NCBI GenBank assembly: GCA_018609125.1
Contig: JABAYF010000003.1
Span: 8,879-72,878 of the forward strand
DNA length: 64,000 bases
Source: Candidatus Nanopelagicales bacterium
GTDB taxonomy: Bacteria > Actinomycetota > Actinomycetes > S36-B12
Direction: 5' to 3'
Positions 47,290 through 57,593 of the stretch are shown here, one piece after another (position 1 is the first letter of the stretch; each line of letters opens with the position of its first letter). The position numbers and the translations under genes are program-made. The notes under the pieces are model-generated. The model was given only the letters and a program-made list of their open reading frames with translations, was not told the origin of the DNA and did not search any database.

Positions 47290-48998
47290 CACCGGAAGAA
47301 GAATTCGCGCCAGCCGTTGAACCGGAGCGGGTGGCGCGCGTCACCGAAGAAAATGCTCGACTACGGATGGAACTAAGACACGCCAACGCCCGAGCGCAGC
47401 GTTTCGAAGCTGATGCTCGTCGGGTTCGAGCGTCAACTAAGTACACCGTGGGTGACCTTCTGGTTCGGGGGGCCAAGGATCCGCGTCGGCTGTTTCTTCT
47501 TCCACGCGAGTTACTCAGCCTCTACCGCCTGCGCAAACATCGACGTACCGCCAGCGAAGTAGCACTCACAGAAGTCACTCGGGCTCACCGCAGCGATTTG
47601 TCTAACGAACATGCCGCACGCCTGCTACTTCCACGTATCGGTGCCGCCGCCGATGCTTCGGTGAGCGTCGGTGGTGCGCTGAGCCGCACTACCGAACAAC
47701 TCCTGCAGCCCTATGCCGCGACCACCTCGGTACTCCCTCATGATGCCGCCGCACTCATCATGGACGCTGATCCCGATATCGTTTTCGTGGATACCGCAGC
47801 TGGCCTACCTGGCGAATCGTGGTCACACCTGGGCAACCCGGCGGCAACCGATCGGGCGCTGGCCGCCTTCGATCTGGTGACCGCGGCCAGAGAGCGAGGC
47901 CGCCCGGTCGTGATGCTGCGCAATAGCTCACCCGGTCACACAGCCGGCCTCGTTGGCATTATCGATCGATGCGATCTCGTGGTCGATGCAACCCACTCAG
48001 TTCGGGAGAACGTATGGCTGCCCGGCACCCGGTTGGACTGGTGGAATGGGCAACAGCCAGCCGATCTTGATACTCCTCGACAGCACCGGCCACTGCTCAC
48101 GGTTAGCGGTGGCGACACCAGCGGACACGTCCGAGCGTGGGCTCTTAGCCGCGGCGTAGAACCGGTCAACGTGCGCCCGCAGGCCCCACCCATCGGTGCG
48201 CTCCGGGAAGCGATAGCACTGGCCGATTTTTTCGTCGACACACAGCCGGGCACTTCCAAGCGCGTCGGCGGTTCAGCTGCCATGTGGGCCGCCCTGGTGG
48301 CGGGGCTACCCATCGTGAGTAGAGACACACACGAACTACGCTCGGTGCTAGGCGAACTCGTTGAGCCACAGCACGGCATCGTCTATCACTATGGGTCTGA
48401 ATCAGACCTCGATAACACTCTCAACGCCGCGCAAACGGGCCCGGCAAGGTCCTTGGCCACCCACTGGCAGGTGTTGCGCCGCATTGCCTTGCGCCATACC
48501 GCCCCGGTCACCCTGACCGATCTTGCCCAACGCCTCCATCTATCGATCACAGCCGGTGCGTGCCGAGGCATCGCCGTGATCGTTGACGCCGAAATCACTG
48601 CCGACCGACTGGTTGAACAATTACTCGCACAAACGTTGCGACCAGCCGAAATTGTTGTCCGAGGCAGGATCGGTGATCGCTTGCGTGACCAAGTGCTGCA
48701 GTTACACATTGACGTGATCGACGCATCCGGTGACATCGCGCACATCGCTCAGCGCACGACATCAGCTTGGATCGCTCAGGTACATTGCCCGTCCACGGTG
48801 ACCCTGCCAGCAGATCTCCTTCTCGATGCAATGATCAGCGTTGAAATCAGCCAAGCCAACCAAGTTCAGCTGGGTCACTTGGAGCCTGGTGACCTACAAA
48901 ACAACACCGGTGTGCATCTGCTCCGGCGCAGCGTCGCTCTCGGCGACGCCTCCGCACCCCTGACCATCGCTCCTCCACACCCTGGTTGGCACACATGA
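47286..48998 (+). CDS. hypothetical protein: N-terminal coiled coil plus degenerate GT-like regions
   Basis: Residues ~15-50 (VARVTEENARLRMELRHANARAQRFEADARRVRAS) look like a coiled coil. The middle region GGSAAMWAALVAGLPIVSRDTHELRSVLGE resembles a GT-B donor helix without the acidic residues. IAVIVDAEITADRLVEQLLAQTLRPAEIVVRG resembles a GT-A N-terminus without the DxD context. ATGA-coupled on both sides. Confidence 0.5.
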   Translation: MTPEEEFAPAVEPERVARVTEENARLRMELRHANARAQRFEADARRVRASTKYTVGDLLVRGAKDPRRLFLLPRELLSLYRLRKHRRTASEVALTEVTRAHRSDLSNEHAARLLLPRIGAAADASVSVGGALSRTTEQLLQPYAATTSVLPHDAAALIMDADPDIVFVDTAAGLPGESWSHLGNPAATDRALAAFDLVTAARERGRPVVMLRNSSPGHTAGLVGIIDRCDLVVDATHSVRENVWLPGTRLDWWNGQQPADLDTPRQHRPLLTVSGGDTSGHVRAWALSRGVEPVNVRPQAPPIGALREAIALADFFVDTQPGTSKRVGGSAAMWAALVAGLPIVSRDTHELRSVLGELVEPQHGIVYHYGSESDLDNTLNAAQTGPARSLATHWQVLRRIALRHTAPVTLTDLAQRLHLSITAGACRGIAVIVDAEITADRLVEQLLAQTLRPAEIVVRGRIGDRLRDQVLQLHIDVIDASGDIAHIAQRTTSAWIAQVHCPSTVTLPADLLLDAMISVEISQANQVQLGHLEPGDLQNNTGVHLLRRSVALGDASAPLTIAPPHPGWHT

Positions 48999-51235
48999 CT
49001 CGAACCCGGCGCGCCCTCGTCTATGCCGATGTGAACCTCAACATCTTGGATGGTTCAGCGATTTGGGTCCAATCGATGTGTGAGGCCCTTTCGCAAGCCG
49101 GCGTGGATACGCAGGTGTTACTCAAAGCACCGGTACTCACCGATCGACTTGTGGCTCCGCTGCGCGCCATGCCTGGCGTCACCGTCGTGGACCCCTTCGT
49201 CGACGGACTTGTCGGTAACGATGATGCCCTCTCCCCGGCACAGGCTGCTGACATCTTGCAGACACTCGATGACCGGCTGCGGGTCGATGTCATCGTTGTC
49301 CGGGGCTTGCGCCTTGCCGTAACCGCATCATCCCGCGAACAACTACACGGACGCTTGTGGACCTATCTCACCGATATTCCCCACGATGTCACCGGACTCA
49401 CCGACTCGGTGGTTGATCAACTCGTAATAGTCGCCGAAGCCAGTCGATACCTGTTGTGCCAGACCGAACAATTGCGGTCCTTCCTCGAAGCGGTGATCCC
49501 TGCAGCGGCGGGCAGATGTGTGCTGTGGCCACCGATCGTTCCCGAACCTGACTTCGAAATCGTCCCGCGCACCCCTCTCTTCGACGAATCCACCGGCAGG
49601 CCGAACCGCCCGATCCAACTGGCCTACACCGGAAAGTACGCCGCACGTTGGAATACCCTGGAAATGACCGAGATACCCCAATTGCTAAGCGAACATGGCA
49701 TCAACGCGGAACTGAACATGGTCGGTGACAAGGTGCATGATGAGCCGGATATTCCCGGCTGGTCTGATCGAATGACGGCTGCCCTACGCAACACTGCGGG
49801 CATCACGTGGCACGGTGGGGTGAGCAGGCAGGAGGCTATGCGACTATCGGCACAGGCCGACATCGGTTTGTCGTGGCGCACTGCGGACATGGATGCGAGC
49901 CTGGAACTTTCCACCAAGGTATTGGAATTCGCTCGCCTTTCCGTTCCCGTCATGCTTAACCGCACCCCCATGCACGAAGACCTTTTCGGTGCTGACTACC
50001 CGCTTTTCGTTGCCGATGCCGACGACATCGTGCAGATCTTGACCAACACCACCGGACTATCCGACACCCTCACGCGAGCAACCGCGTTGGCCTATCGTGG
50101 TGTGAGCGCACACCTGATGAATTCGGCGGTGCACCGCCTCCAAGAACTCCTCCGGCGGGCGTTACCCGATGCTCCGCCATCACATGCGGCATTTGCCGCC
50201 CCGCTGAAGGTTCTTGTCGCCAGCCACGATCTGAAGTTCTTCAGTCGACTACAAGAACATCTGGGGGCTCTCCCCAGCGTTGAACTCCGTATCGACCACT
50301 GGCCCGCTCTCGCACAGCACGATGAAGAGGTCAGTAAAGATCTTGCCTCGTGGGCCGATGTTGTTATTTGCGAATGGGCCGGGCCAAACCTGGTGTGGTA
50401 CAGCAAGAACAAGACGCCTGGGCAACGCCTCGTTACCCGCCTACACCGATTCGAACTCAGTGCAGGGTGGCTAACCGATGTCGAGATCGCCAACGTCGAT
50501 CAAGTGATTTGCGTCAGCCCCTACTACGCTCAACTCACGGCCCAAACAACTGGATGGCCGAGTGGAAAGATCGTGGTGATTCCCAACTGGGTAGATCTCG
50601 AACAGTTCCAGCGCCCCAAACTCGCTGGCGCACAGTTCACCCTCGGCATGATCGGAATCTCACCGGTTCGTAAACGTCCCGACATCGGCATCGACGTGCT
50701 CTCTCGATTGCGTCGCTACGACGCACGATTCACCATGGCGGTAAAGTCCAAAATGCCCTGGGACTACTGGTGGATCTGGCGCAAGCCAGAGGAGCGCATC
50801 GATACCGAACGACTCATGGGCCGAATCCGTGATGACCCCACCGTTCACGATGCCGTTTCCTTCGATGGTTTCGGGGGTGATGTCGCGGCGTGGTTGCGTC
50901 GCGTGGGCTGGGTGTTATCGACTTCTGAGGATGAAAGTTTCCATCTCGCCCCAGCCGAGGGCATGGCATCGCACGCGGTGCCCTGTCTGCTGCCCTGGCC
51001 TGGAGCCGACACCATTTACCACCCTCGATGGATTAGTCAGACGGCACAGGCCATGGCCGAAAAGATTTTGGACATCACCGAAGCAGGTACCTGGGAGCAG
51101 ACTGCCGAAGAGGCCTTCAAGCAGGTACGCGCATCGTTCCCGCTGACCGACGTAGCACGAATGTGGACTGAAGTTCTCACGACCGATGTGGATCCAGCAA
51201 CAGCTCAAGTTCCGCTCTACCCTACCGACGAGTGA
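48995..51235 (+). CDS. two-module glycosyltransferase (tandem GT4-like domains), candidate polymerase
   Basis: Module 1: VYADVNLNILDGSAIWVQSMCEAL ... ELSTKVLEFARLSVPVML. Module 2: LKVLVASHDLKFF ... EDESFHLAPAEGMASHAVPCLL (E-x7-E). ATG 48995 overlaps the upstream stop (ATGA). Confidence 0.7.
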   Translation: MTRTRRALVYADVNLNILDGSAIWVQSMCEALSQAGVDTQVLLKAPVLTDRLVAPLRAMPGVTVVDPFVDGLVGNDDALSPAQAADILQTLDDRLRVDVIVVRGLRLAVTASSREQLHGRLWTYLTDIPHDVTGLTDSVVDQLVIVAEASRYLLCQTEQLRSFLEAVIPAAAGRCVLWPPIVPEPDFEIVPRTPLFDESTGRPNRPIQLAYTGKYAARWNTLEMTEIPQLLSEHGINAELNMVGDKVHDEPDIPGWSDRMTAALRNTAGITWHGGVSRQEAMRLSAQADIGLSWRTADMDASLELSTKVLEFARLSVPVMLNRTPMHEDLFGADYPLFVADADDIVQILTNTTGLSDTLTRATALAYRGVSAHLMNSAVHRLQELLRRALPDAPPSHAAFAAPLKVLVASHDLKFFSRLQEHLGALPSVELRIDHWPALAQHDEEVSKDLASWADVVICEWAGPNLVWYSKNKTPGQRLVTRLHRFELSAGWLTDVEIANVDQVICVSPYYAQLTAQTTGWPSGKIVVIPNWVDLEQFQRPKLAGAQFTLGMIGISPVRKRPDIGIDVLSRLRRYDARFTMAVKSKMPWDYWWIWRKPEERIDTERLMGRIRDDPTVHDAVSFDGFGGDVAAWLRRVGWVLSTSEDESFHLAPAEGMASHAVPCLLPWPGADTIYHPRWISQTAQAMAEKILDITEAGTWEQTAEEAFKQVRASFPLTDVARMWTEVLTTDVDPATAQVPLYPTDE

Positions 51236-51243
51236 AGACGACC

Positions 51244-52146
51244 TCACCCGCTGGGAAACACCGCGCAGTAGTGCAATCGACCCTCTATTGATTCACCGAT
51301 CGCGAGCAAGCGCTGGTTGTGTACGAGCGCGGTGGCAGTGGCAGACAGCGTGTCTCCGGGCCACGGTATACGCGTGCCATGACTAATGGCCAACGCGGTG
51401 TCGGAGTCAATCTGGCACACCGGCAGCGAACGACTAGCGGCTTCTGCAGGGGACATTAACAACTTGGCTGCCTCCACCGGTGTCAACTTTTCCCACTCCG
51501 AGAGTGACTGTGCCTCAGCCAAGGTGAAGGCTCCGGAGGTGGTGCGGCACAGTGACGTCAGATGACCACCCACACCGAGTAACGCGCCGGTGTCGCGGGC
51601 TATCGCACGGATGTAGGTGCCAGCCGAACACCGAACATGAATCTCTACGTCTACGGTGTCGCTCCCCCGGGTGACCTGACCGAGTCTGAGTTCGTGGATT
51701 GTGACGGTTCGAGGCTCCAGTTCCACCTGTTCCCCCGCCCGCACCCGCGCGTAGGCACGCTTGCCGTCAACCTTTACGGCACTGACCGAACTGGGCACCT
51801 GGTTGATCGTGCCCACGTTGCTGGCGAACGCGGCCTCAATCTGGGCCTGGGTGAGCGAAGCGGTGGATTCTGCGGCGGTCTGGTTGCCTTGCGCATCGTC
51901 AGTGTCCGTGGACTGACCTAGTCGTACGGTTGCGACGTAACCCTTATCGTCCCTGGTGAGATAACCAAGGAGTCGAGTGGCCTGCCCTACACCAAGCACC
52001 AGCACCCCGGTGGCATCAGGATCAAGCGTTCCGGCATGGCCAATCTTCTTCATTCCCAGGGTTCGCCGTGCCCTTGAGACCACCGCATGGGAACTCATGC
52101 CCGCCGGCTTGTCGATAACGACAACACCGATCGGGCTATTCAGCAT
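51244..52146 (-). CDS. truB: tRNA pseudouridine(55) synthase
   Basis: GVVVIDKPAGMSSHAVV and GHAGTLDPDATGVLVLG (catalytic Asp). Start set at MLNSPIG (52146), an 11-nt overlap with rbfA. Confidence 0.9.
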   Translation of the reverse strand: MLNSPIGVVVIDKPAGMSSHAVVSRARRTLGMKKIGHAGTLDPDATGVLVLGVGQATRLLGYLTRDDKGYVATVRLGQSTDTDDAQGNQTAAESTASLTQAQIEAAFASNVGTINQVPSSVSAVKVDGKRAYARVRAGEQVELEPRTVTIHELRLGQVTRGSDTVDVEIHVRCSAGTYIRAIARDTGALLGVGGHLTSLCRTTSGAFTLAEAQSLSEWEKLTPVEAAKLLMSPAEAASRSLPVCQIDSDTALAISHGTRIPWPGDTLSATATALVHNQRLLAIGESIEGRLHYCAVFPSG

Positions 52147-52567
52147 CTTCGCTTGGGTGCCGATACGGATCGGTTTCGCCTGCGTACTGCGCCCCACTGG
52201 CCCGTGCCGATAGTTCTGCATCCGACTGCGCAGCCTGCTGGAGAAGTTCATCGATATGGCGAGCCGTATCCGGCAATGCATCCAAGATGAACGTCAGCGA
52301 TGGCGTGTGCTTAATGCCCGTTTGGCGGCCCACTTCCGTGCGCAGCACCCCTTTGACTGATTCAAGGGCGATAGCCGACGCACCACGCTGCTCATCATCA
52401 CCGAAGACTGTATAAAACAGCGTTGCTTCGCGCAGGTCGGCGGTGACCCGAGCATCGGTAATGGTCACAAAGCCCATGCGCGGGTCCTTTACTTGGAACT
52501 CAAGCGCCTGGGCAACAATGACTTTGATGCGTTCAGCTAACCGTCGAGCACGTGCCTCCGAGGCCAT
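52136..52567 (-). CDS. rbfA: 30S ribosome-binding factor RbfA
   Basis: RARRLAERIKVIVAQALEFQVKDPRMGFVTITDARVTADLREATLFYTV. Confidence 0.9.
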   Translation of the reverse strand: MASEARARRLAERIKVIVAQALEFQVKDPRMGFVTITDARVTADLREATLFYTVFGDDEQRGASAIALESVKGVLRTEVGRQTGIKHTPSLTFILDALPDTARHIDELLQQAAQSDAELSARASGAQYAGETDPYRHPSEDAE

Positions 52568-52597
52568 GATGTGCAGTCCCTTCCGTGTGCTAACTCT

Positions 52598-55402
52598 CTA
52601 AGTGCGCGCGATTTCTCGCATCTCAAAGGTTTCGATGATGTCATCAACCTTGACATCGCCATATGAGCCGAGGTTGATGCCACATTCGAAGCCCTCACGA
52701 ACCTCGGTGGCATCCTCTTTGAAGCGACGCAGCGAACTGATCGACAGATTGTCCGCCACCACCTTGCTGTCGCGAACGAGGCGCGCCTTGGAATTGCGGC
52801 GAATTTCTCCACTTTGCACGAGGCATCCGGCAATGGTGCCAAACTTGGAAGACTTAAAGACCTCGCGTACCTGCGCGGTGCCCAGCTGAGCCTCTTCGTA
52901 TTCCGGCTTAAGCATCCCCTTCAAGGCTGCCTCAACATCATCGATGGCCTGGTAGATGACGGAGTAGTAGCGAACATCAACCTCTTCTTGCGAGGCCAAC
53001 TCAGCAACCTTGCCCTCCGGGCGAACATTGAAACCGATAACCACGGCATCCGAGGCGCTCGCCAAAATGACGTCGGACTTGGTGATGGCTCCCACGCCGC
53101 GGTGAATGACGCGCACCGACACTTGGTCGCCCACTTCAATCTTGAGTAGCGCATCTTCGAGGGCTTCAACAGATCCGGAGACATCGCCCTTGATGACAAG
53201 GTTGAGTTCGCTACGTTCGCCCTCTTCCAGAGTCTTCAAGAAGTCTTCAAGCGTACGACGACCCCGACTGCGGGCCAATTGGGCGTTGCGCTCGCGGGCT
53301 TGACGTGTGTTGGCAATTTGGCGGGCGATGCGATCCTCGTTAACAACAAGGAAGGTATCTCCAGCTCCGGGAACACTGGTAAGACCCAGGACCTGAACCG
53401 GACGCGACGGCCCGGCCTCTTCCACCGGGTTTCCATTTTCATCCAGCATTGCGCGAACGCGACCATAGGCATCGCCAGCGACGATCGAGGAGCCAGCGCG
53501 CAAGGTGCCACGCTGAACAAGCACGGTGGCTACCGGGCCACGGCCTCGGTCCAGGTGCGCCTCAATGGCCACGCCCTGGGCATCCTGGGTGGGATTCGCG
53601 GTGAGATCCAAAGTGGCATCAGCCGTGAGTAGCACAGCCTCGAGCAACTCCTCGACACCCTGCCTGCTGATGGCAGACACATCAACGAACATGGTGTCGC
53701 CACCGAAGTCCTCGGCCACCAGGCCGTACTCGGTGAGCTGGCCCCGGACACGTGCCGGGTCAGCACCTTCCTTATCAATCTTGTTGACCGCAACCACGAT
53801 GGGCACATTGGCCGCTTGCGCATGGTTGAGGGCTTCGATCGTTTGCGGTTTCACACCGTCATCCGCGGCAACCACCAGGATCGCCACATCGGTCACCTGA
53901 GCACCGCGGGCACGCATGGCAGTGAATGCCTCGTGACCGGGTGTATCAATGAAGGTAATCGCACGGTCACCGGCATCGGTGTGCGTTTGGATTTGGTAGG
54001 CACCAATGTGCTGGGTGATACCACCAGCCTCACTTGCCACCACATTCGTTCGGCGAATGGCGTCCAGCAACTTGGTCTTGCCGTGATCGACGTGACCCAT
54101 CACGGTGACGACCGGTGGGCGTGCCGCGAGATCGTCAGCACCGCCCTCGTTTTCACCAAAATCAAGATCGAACCGTTCCAGCAGTTCGCGATCTTCATCT
54201 TCTGGCGAAACGACCTGAATATCGAAATTCAACTCGCCACCGAGGAGTTTCAGCGTGTCATCGTCCACCGACTGAGTGGCGGTGACCATCTCACCGAGAT
54301 TGATCAGAACTGTCACCAGGTCTGCTGGACTCGCATCAATCTTGTCAGCGAAATCGGTCAAACTGGCACCGCGCGATAGGCGTACGGTTTGGCCGCCACC
54401 CTGCGGCAATCGCAGCCCACCCATCGTGGGTGCTTGCATGTTGTCAAATTCTTGTCGTTTGGCCCGCTTGGACTTTCGCCCGCGCGCTGGGCGACCACCG
54501 GGGCGACCGAAGGCACCAGCGGTTCCGCCACGACCTGGGCCACCGCGGCCGGGACCACTACGACCGGGACCGCCGAATCCACCGCGGCCGGGTGCACCAC
54601 CACCGGGTGCGCCGCCACCGGGAGCGCCACCGGAACCGGGTGCGCCGCCGCCACCGGATGCGCCGCCGCCGGGGCGTGGACCGCGTGAGGGCGAACCGCT
54701 GGGGCCACCGGGACGACCGCCGGGTGCGCCACCGGAACCACCGGGTCGCGCGTTTGGTCGGGGGGCGCGAGCTGCGGGCATGCTACCCGGATTTGGTCGC
54801 GGGGCACCGGGGACGCCGCCGCGAGCGCCAGCGTCGGCTGCTCCTGGGCGACCCATACCGGTGCTGGTACCGAAGGGGTTATTACCCGGTCGTGGAGCAC
54901 CGGGTCGGGATCCGCCAGGTCGAGGTGCAGGACGTGGCGTTGGGGCTTCGGCCTCTTCTTCCGTCGCCCCGCCGGTGAAGGGGTTGTTGCCCACTCGCGG
55001 CCCAGTTCGTCGTGCCGCACCGGGAGTGGGGGCCGTGGACGCGGCCGATGCGGCGGCTGCGGATTCCGCTACAGGTGCCTCGTGGGCTACCGGTTCCTCA
55101 GTTTGGACGGCCGGAATCTCTTCGGCCGCAGGCTTTGCCGTCATTGGCGTCGGCGCAGCCGGGGCGGGTGCAGCTAGGACTTCAGGCGTCGGCGCGGCCC
55201 TTTTTGCGGCTGCCTTACGCGCAGGCTTCTTGGCCGCTGGCTCAACGGCGGGCATGGCCTCTTTGAGACGACGGGCCACTGGTGGCTCAACCGTCGACGA
55301 GGCAGAGCGCACGAACTCACCGAGCTCGGCAAGTTTTGCGAGAACGACTTTACTTTCGACTCCGAGCTCTTTTGCGAGCTCGTAGACCCGGACCTTCGAC
55401 AC
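52598..55402 (-). CDS. infB: translation initiation factor IF-2
   Basis: [15 protein letters not shown]-terminus (GTG start, AGGAG upstream). G domain [26 protein letters not shown]. 934 aa. Confidence 0.97.
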   Translation of the reverse strand: MSKVRVYELAKELGVESKVVLAKLAELGEFVRSASSTVEPPVARRLKEAMPAVEPAAKKPARKAAAKRAAPTPEVLAAPAPAAPTPMTAKPAAEEIPAVQTEEPVAHEAPVAESAAAASAASTAPTPGAARRTGPRVGNNPFTGGATEEEAEAPTPRPAPRPGGSRPGAPRPGNNPFGTSTGMGRPGAADAGARGGVPGAPRPNPGSMPAARAPRPNARPGGSGGAPGGRPGGPSGSPSRGPRPGGGASGGGGAPGSGGAPGGGAPGGGAPGRGGFGGPGRSGPGRGGPGRGGTAGAFGRPGGRPARGRKSKRAKRQEFDNMQAPTMGGLRLPQGGGQTVRLSRGASLTDFADKIDASPADLVTVLINLGEMVTATQSVDDDTLKLLGGELNFDIQVVSPEDEDRELLERFDLDFGENEGGADDLAARPPVVTVMGHVDHGKTKLLDAIRRTNVVASEAGGITQHIGAYQIQTHTDAGDRAITFIDTPGHEAFTAMRARGAQVTDVAILVVAADDGVKPQTIEALNHAQAANVPIVVAVNKIDKEGADPARVRGQLTEYGLVAEDFGGDTMFVDVSAISRQGVEELLEAVLLTADATLDLTANPTQDAQGVAIEAHLDRGRGPVATVLVQRGTLRAGSSIVAGDAYGRVRAMLDENGNPVEEAGPSRPVQVLGLTSVPGAGDTFLVVNEDRIARQIANTRQARERNAQLARSRGRRTLEDFLKTLEEGERSELNLVIKGDVSGSVEALEDALLKIEVGDQVSVRVIHRGVGAITKSDVILASASDAVVIGFNVRPEGKVAELASQEEVDVRYYSVIYQAIDDVEAALKGMLKPEYEEAQLGTAQVREVFKSSKFGTIAGCLVQSGEIRRNSKARLVRDSKVVADNLSISSLRRFKEDATEVREGFECGINLGSYGDVKVDDIIETFEMREIART
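54485..54940 (-). repeat. Gly/Pro/Arg-rich low-complexity linker of IF-2 (imperfect GGAPG / GPGRGG codon repeats)
   Basis: aa ~155-306 of IF-2: ...[42 protein letters not shown]... This region generates long spurious ORFs in other frames. Confidence 0.8.
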
Positions 55403-55617
55403 AACTCTCCTGTCTTACGGTCCGAGCAAATCTCGAACCGTCAGTGTGTAGCGAACCTGCTCATGGCTGGGAACTCATGCGTGGCTCATCTTGGGTGCGC
55501 CCTTCGGGACGTGACGGTTGGACTACGCGGTGTGGGCGGCATGCGCACACCGGTTCGCAGAGGATAAACACCTCTACAACAGGTTAAGGCTAACGGTGCC
55601 GCTTTTAGCCCTGGTCA

Positions 55618-55842
55618 TCAGCCCGCCCCTGGCCCTGGTTCGCCCGTATGACGTAATGCCCGGTCGATGGCACGCCCACGTCGTGCCCCGTCTAGGCACT
55701 GCTCATGCACCCACGCGCCTCGCCCGGGCAGACGGGCATTTTCATCGGCAACCACGCGCCCCTGGAACACGACCAGACGGATAAGTTTTGATTTGTCCGT
55801 GGTGGCCCGGCATCCCACGCAGGTGCGCTGCGGCTCAATCAC
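55618..55842 (-). CDS. ylxR: YlxR family (DUF448) RNA-binding protein
   Basis: RTCVGCR motif and GRGAWV. Overlaps the nusA stop by 8 nt. Confidence 0.85.
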   Translation of the reverse strand: MIEPQRTCVGCRATTDKSKLIRLVVFQGRVVADENARLPGRGAWVHEQCLDGARRGRAIDRALRHTGEPGPGAG

Positions 55843-56881
55843 TCGGTATGTCGGTGTTCACTTCAGCATCGGAATGAATATCGATGCGCCAACCGGTGAG
55901 ACGAGCTGCGAGTCGGGCATTTTGGCCCTCGCGACCGATCGCCAGCGACAATTGATAGTCGGGAACGACCACGCGGGCCGATCGGGAATCTTCATCAACC
56001 ACGGTGACAGAGCTCACCCGCGCCGGCGACAAAGCCTGGGCGATAAAAGTGGCTGGGTCTTCAGAGAAGTCAACGATGTCGATCTTTTCGCCGCTGAGTT
56101 CACTCATGACTTGGCGCACACGCTGTCCCATGGGCCCGATACATGCACCTTTAGCGTTCACTCCCACGACTGTCGGGTGCACAGCGATTTTACTGCGATG
56201 CCCTGCTTCGCGGGCCAGGCCGGAGATTTCCACTATGCCATCGTTGATCTCAGGAACTTCAAGGGCGAAAAGGCTACGCACGAGACCGGGGTGAGAACGC
56301 GACACCGTCACCTGGGGCCCACGAGGGCCCTTGCGCACCCCGACCACAACACACTTAATTCGTTTTCCGTGTTCATATGTTTCGTTGGGCACCTGCTCCG
56401 ACGGAGGCAGTAGGGCTTCCACCTTGCCCAGGTTTACCCGCACCACTCGCGGATCCGATGCCTGCTGAATGACACCGGATACTAGGTCGCCTTCGGTGCC
56501 GCTGAACTCACCGAACGTCCGGTCTTCGTCGGCCTCACGTAATCGTTGCAAAAAAACTTGGCGTGCTGTGGCGGCGGCAACGCGGCCAAATCCCGTGGGG
56601 GTGTCATCGAACTCACGCGCGGGCGGCGCGGCGCCGGATGAACTTGGCTGGGCAACCGGTTCATCCGCATCGACCGCATCGGGGTCAACGACGACCTCTT
56701 CGGTAGCCCATACGGTGACGTGCCCGGAATCCCGGTCAACCACCACGCGTGCCTTTGCCGCGGCCCCCGGGGATCGCTGATATGCGAAAAGGAGGGCTTC
56801 TTCGATGGAGGAAATCACCAGGTCCCACGACAGTTCTTTGTCTCGGACGATGCCCCTGAGAGCACTGACGTCGATGTCCAT
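55835..56881 (-). CDS. nusA: transcription termination/antitermination factor NusA
   Basis: N-terminal domain, S1 domain and two KH domains ([37 protein letters not shown]). Confidence 0.95.
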   Translation of the reverse strand: MDIDVSALRGIVRDKELSWDLVISSIEEALLFAYQRSPGAAAKARVVVDRDSGHVTVWATEEVVVDPDAVDADEPVAQPSSSGAAPPAREFDDTPTGFGRVAAATARQVFLQRLREADEDRTFGEFSGTEGDLVSGVIQQASDPRVVRVNLGKVEALLPPSEQVPNETYEHGKRIKCVVVGVRKGPRGPQVTVSRSHPGLVRSLFALEVPEINDGIVEISGLAREAGHRSKIAVHPTVVGVNAKGACIGPMGQRVRQVMSELSGEKIDIVDFSEDPATFIAQALSPARVSSVTVVDEDSRSARVVVPDYQLSLAIGREGQNARLAARLTGWRIDIHSDAEVNTDIPSD

Positions 56882-56943
56882 GCGGATTCACCTCCCTGTT
56901 GTGTTAAATCATCCTCTGGTCGAGGTAGTGCATCTTCGGCGGG

Positions 56944-57510
56944 TTAGGAATGCTTACCAGACTCATCAGCCTCGCCCGCGTCAGTTTCGACACTTGGGGT
57001 GGCTCTGGTGAAATCAACCTGCACGACCGCTGACGCAATATCGATCAACTGTAGAGTCACCAACTTTTCAGACTCAGATCGTAGTTCAACCACCGCATTA
57101 CTCACTTCCGCGATACGACCGGTGACTGAGGAGCCGTCAACCAAAACGCATTCCACGCGGCGCCCAATATTGCGACGCCACTGCCGTGGCTGCAGCAGCG
57201 GTCGATCGACTCCACGCGTAGAGACCTCAAGGACGTAGGGTTCCTCCCCCATGACACGCCCCGCAACAGCGTTGTCATCAAGGGCTGCAGAAACCAGTTG
57301 ACTGATCGCTGCAATCAAATCAAGATCGAGCGCGCGATCGGAATCCACCGTGATCTGGATGCGCTGACGGCGTCCAGCAGCGGTGATATCAACGTCATCT
57401 AGTTCTACGTCCTGGGCGGCCAGAATCGGGGTAAGCAGCACGGTCAATTCCGCGGCCCGTGCTTGAGCAATCGGTGCTCCCATGTGCCGACCCCTTCCAG
57501 CGCCTGCCAA
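56944..57510 (-). CDS. rimP: ribosome maturation factor RimP
   Basis: Position directly upstream of nusA. ...EEPYVLEVSTRGVDRPL... motif. Alternative start ATG 57483. Confidence 0.85.
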   Translation of the reverse strand: MAGAGRGRHMGAPIAQARAAELTVLLTPILAAQDVELDDVDITAAGRRQRIQITVDSDRALDLDLIAAISQLVSAALDDNAVAGRVMGEEPYVLEVSTRGVDRPLLQPRQWRRNIGRRVECVLVDGSSVTGRIAEVSNAVVELRSESEKLVTLQLIDIASAVVQVDFTRATPSVETDAGEADESGKHS

Positions 57511-57593
57511 TTCTTAACCGGTGGGCACGCTATCGTGACACCTGTTCAACGTGAACCAACGCCGTGTCAATTCACTGAAATCGGAGGTGAACC

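Larger units (their letters stand above)
36953..51235. other. accessory cell-envelope glycopolymer biosynthesis/export island (11 genes) inserted between ribF and truB
   Basis: Gene content listed below. The flanks are universally linked housekeeping genes. No integrase, tRNA or terminal repeats were seen. Confidence 0.75.

Noticed and set aside
36953-51235. The island as a mobile or integrative element
   Set aside because: No integrase, transposase, tRNA or tmRNA target, or flanking direct or inverted repeats were visible by eye. Composition looks similar to the flanks. It is better described as a variable chromosomal glycan locus.
54276-55385. 369-aa + strand ORF (Pro/Gly/Ala-rich) and several other long ORFs antisense to infB
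   Set aside because: It lies opposite the unambiguous IF-2 gene, within its Gly/Pro/Arg low-complexity codon repeats. This is a typical shadow ORF of high-GC DNA, with no start context or recognisable domain.
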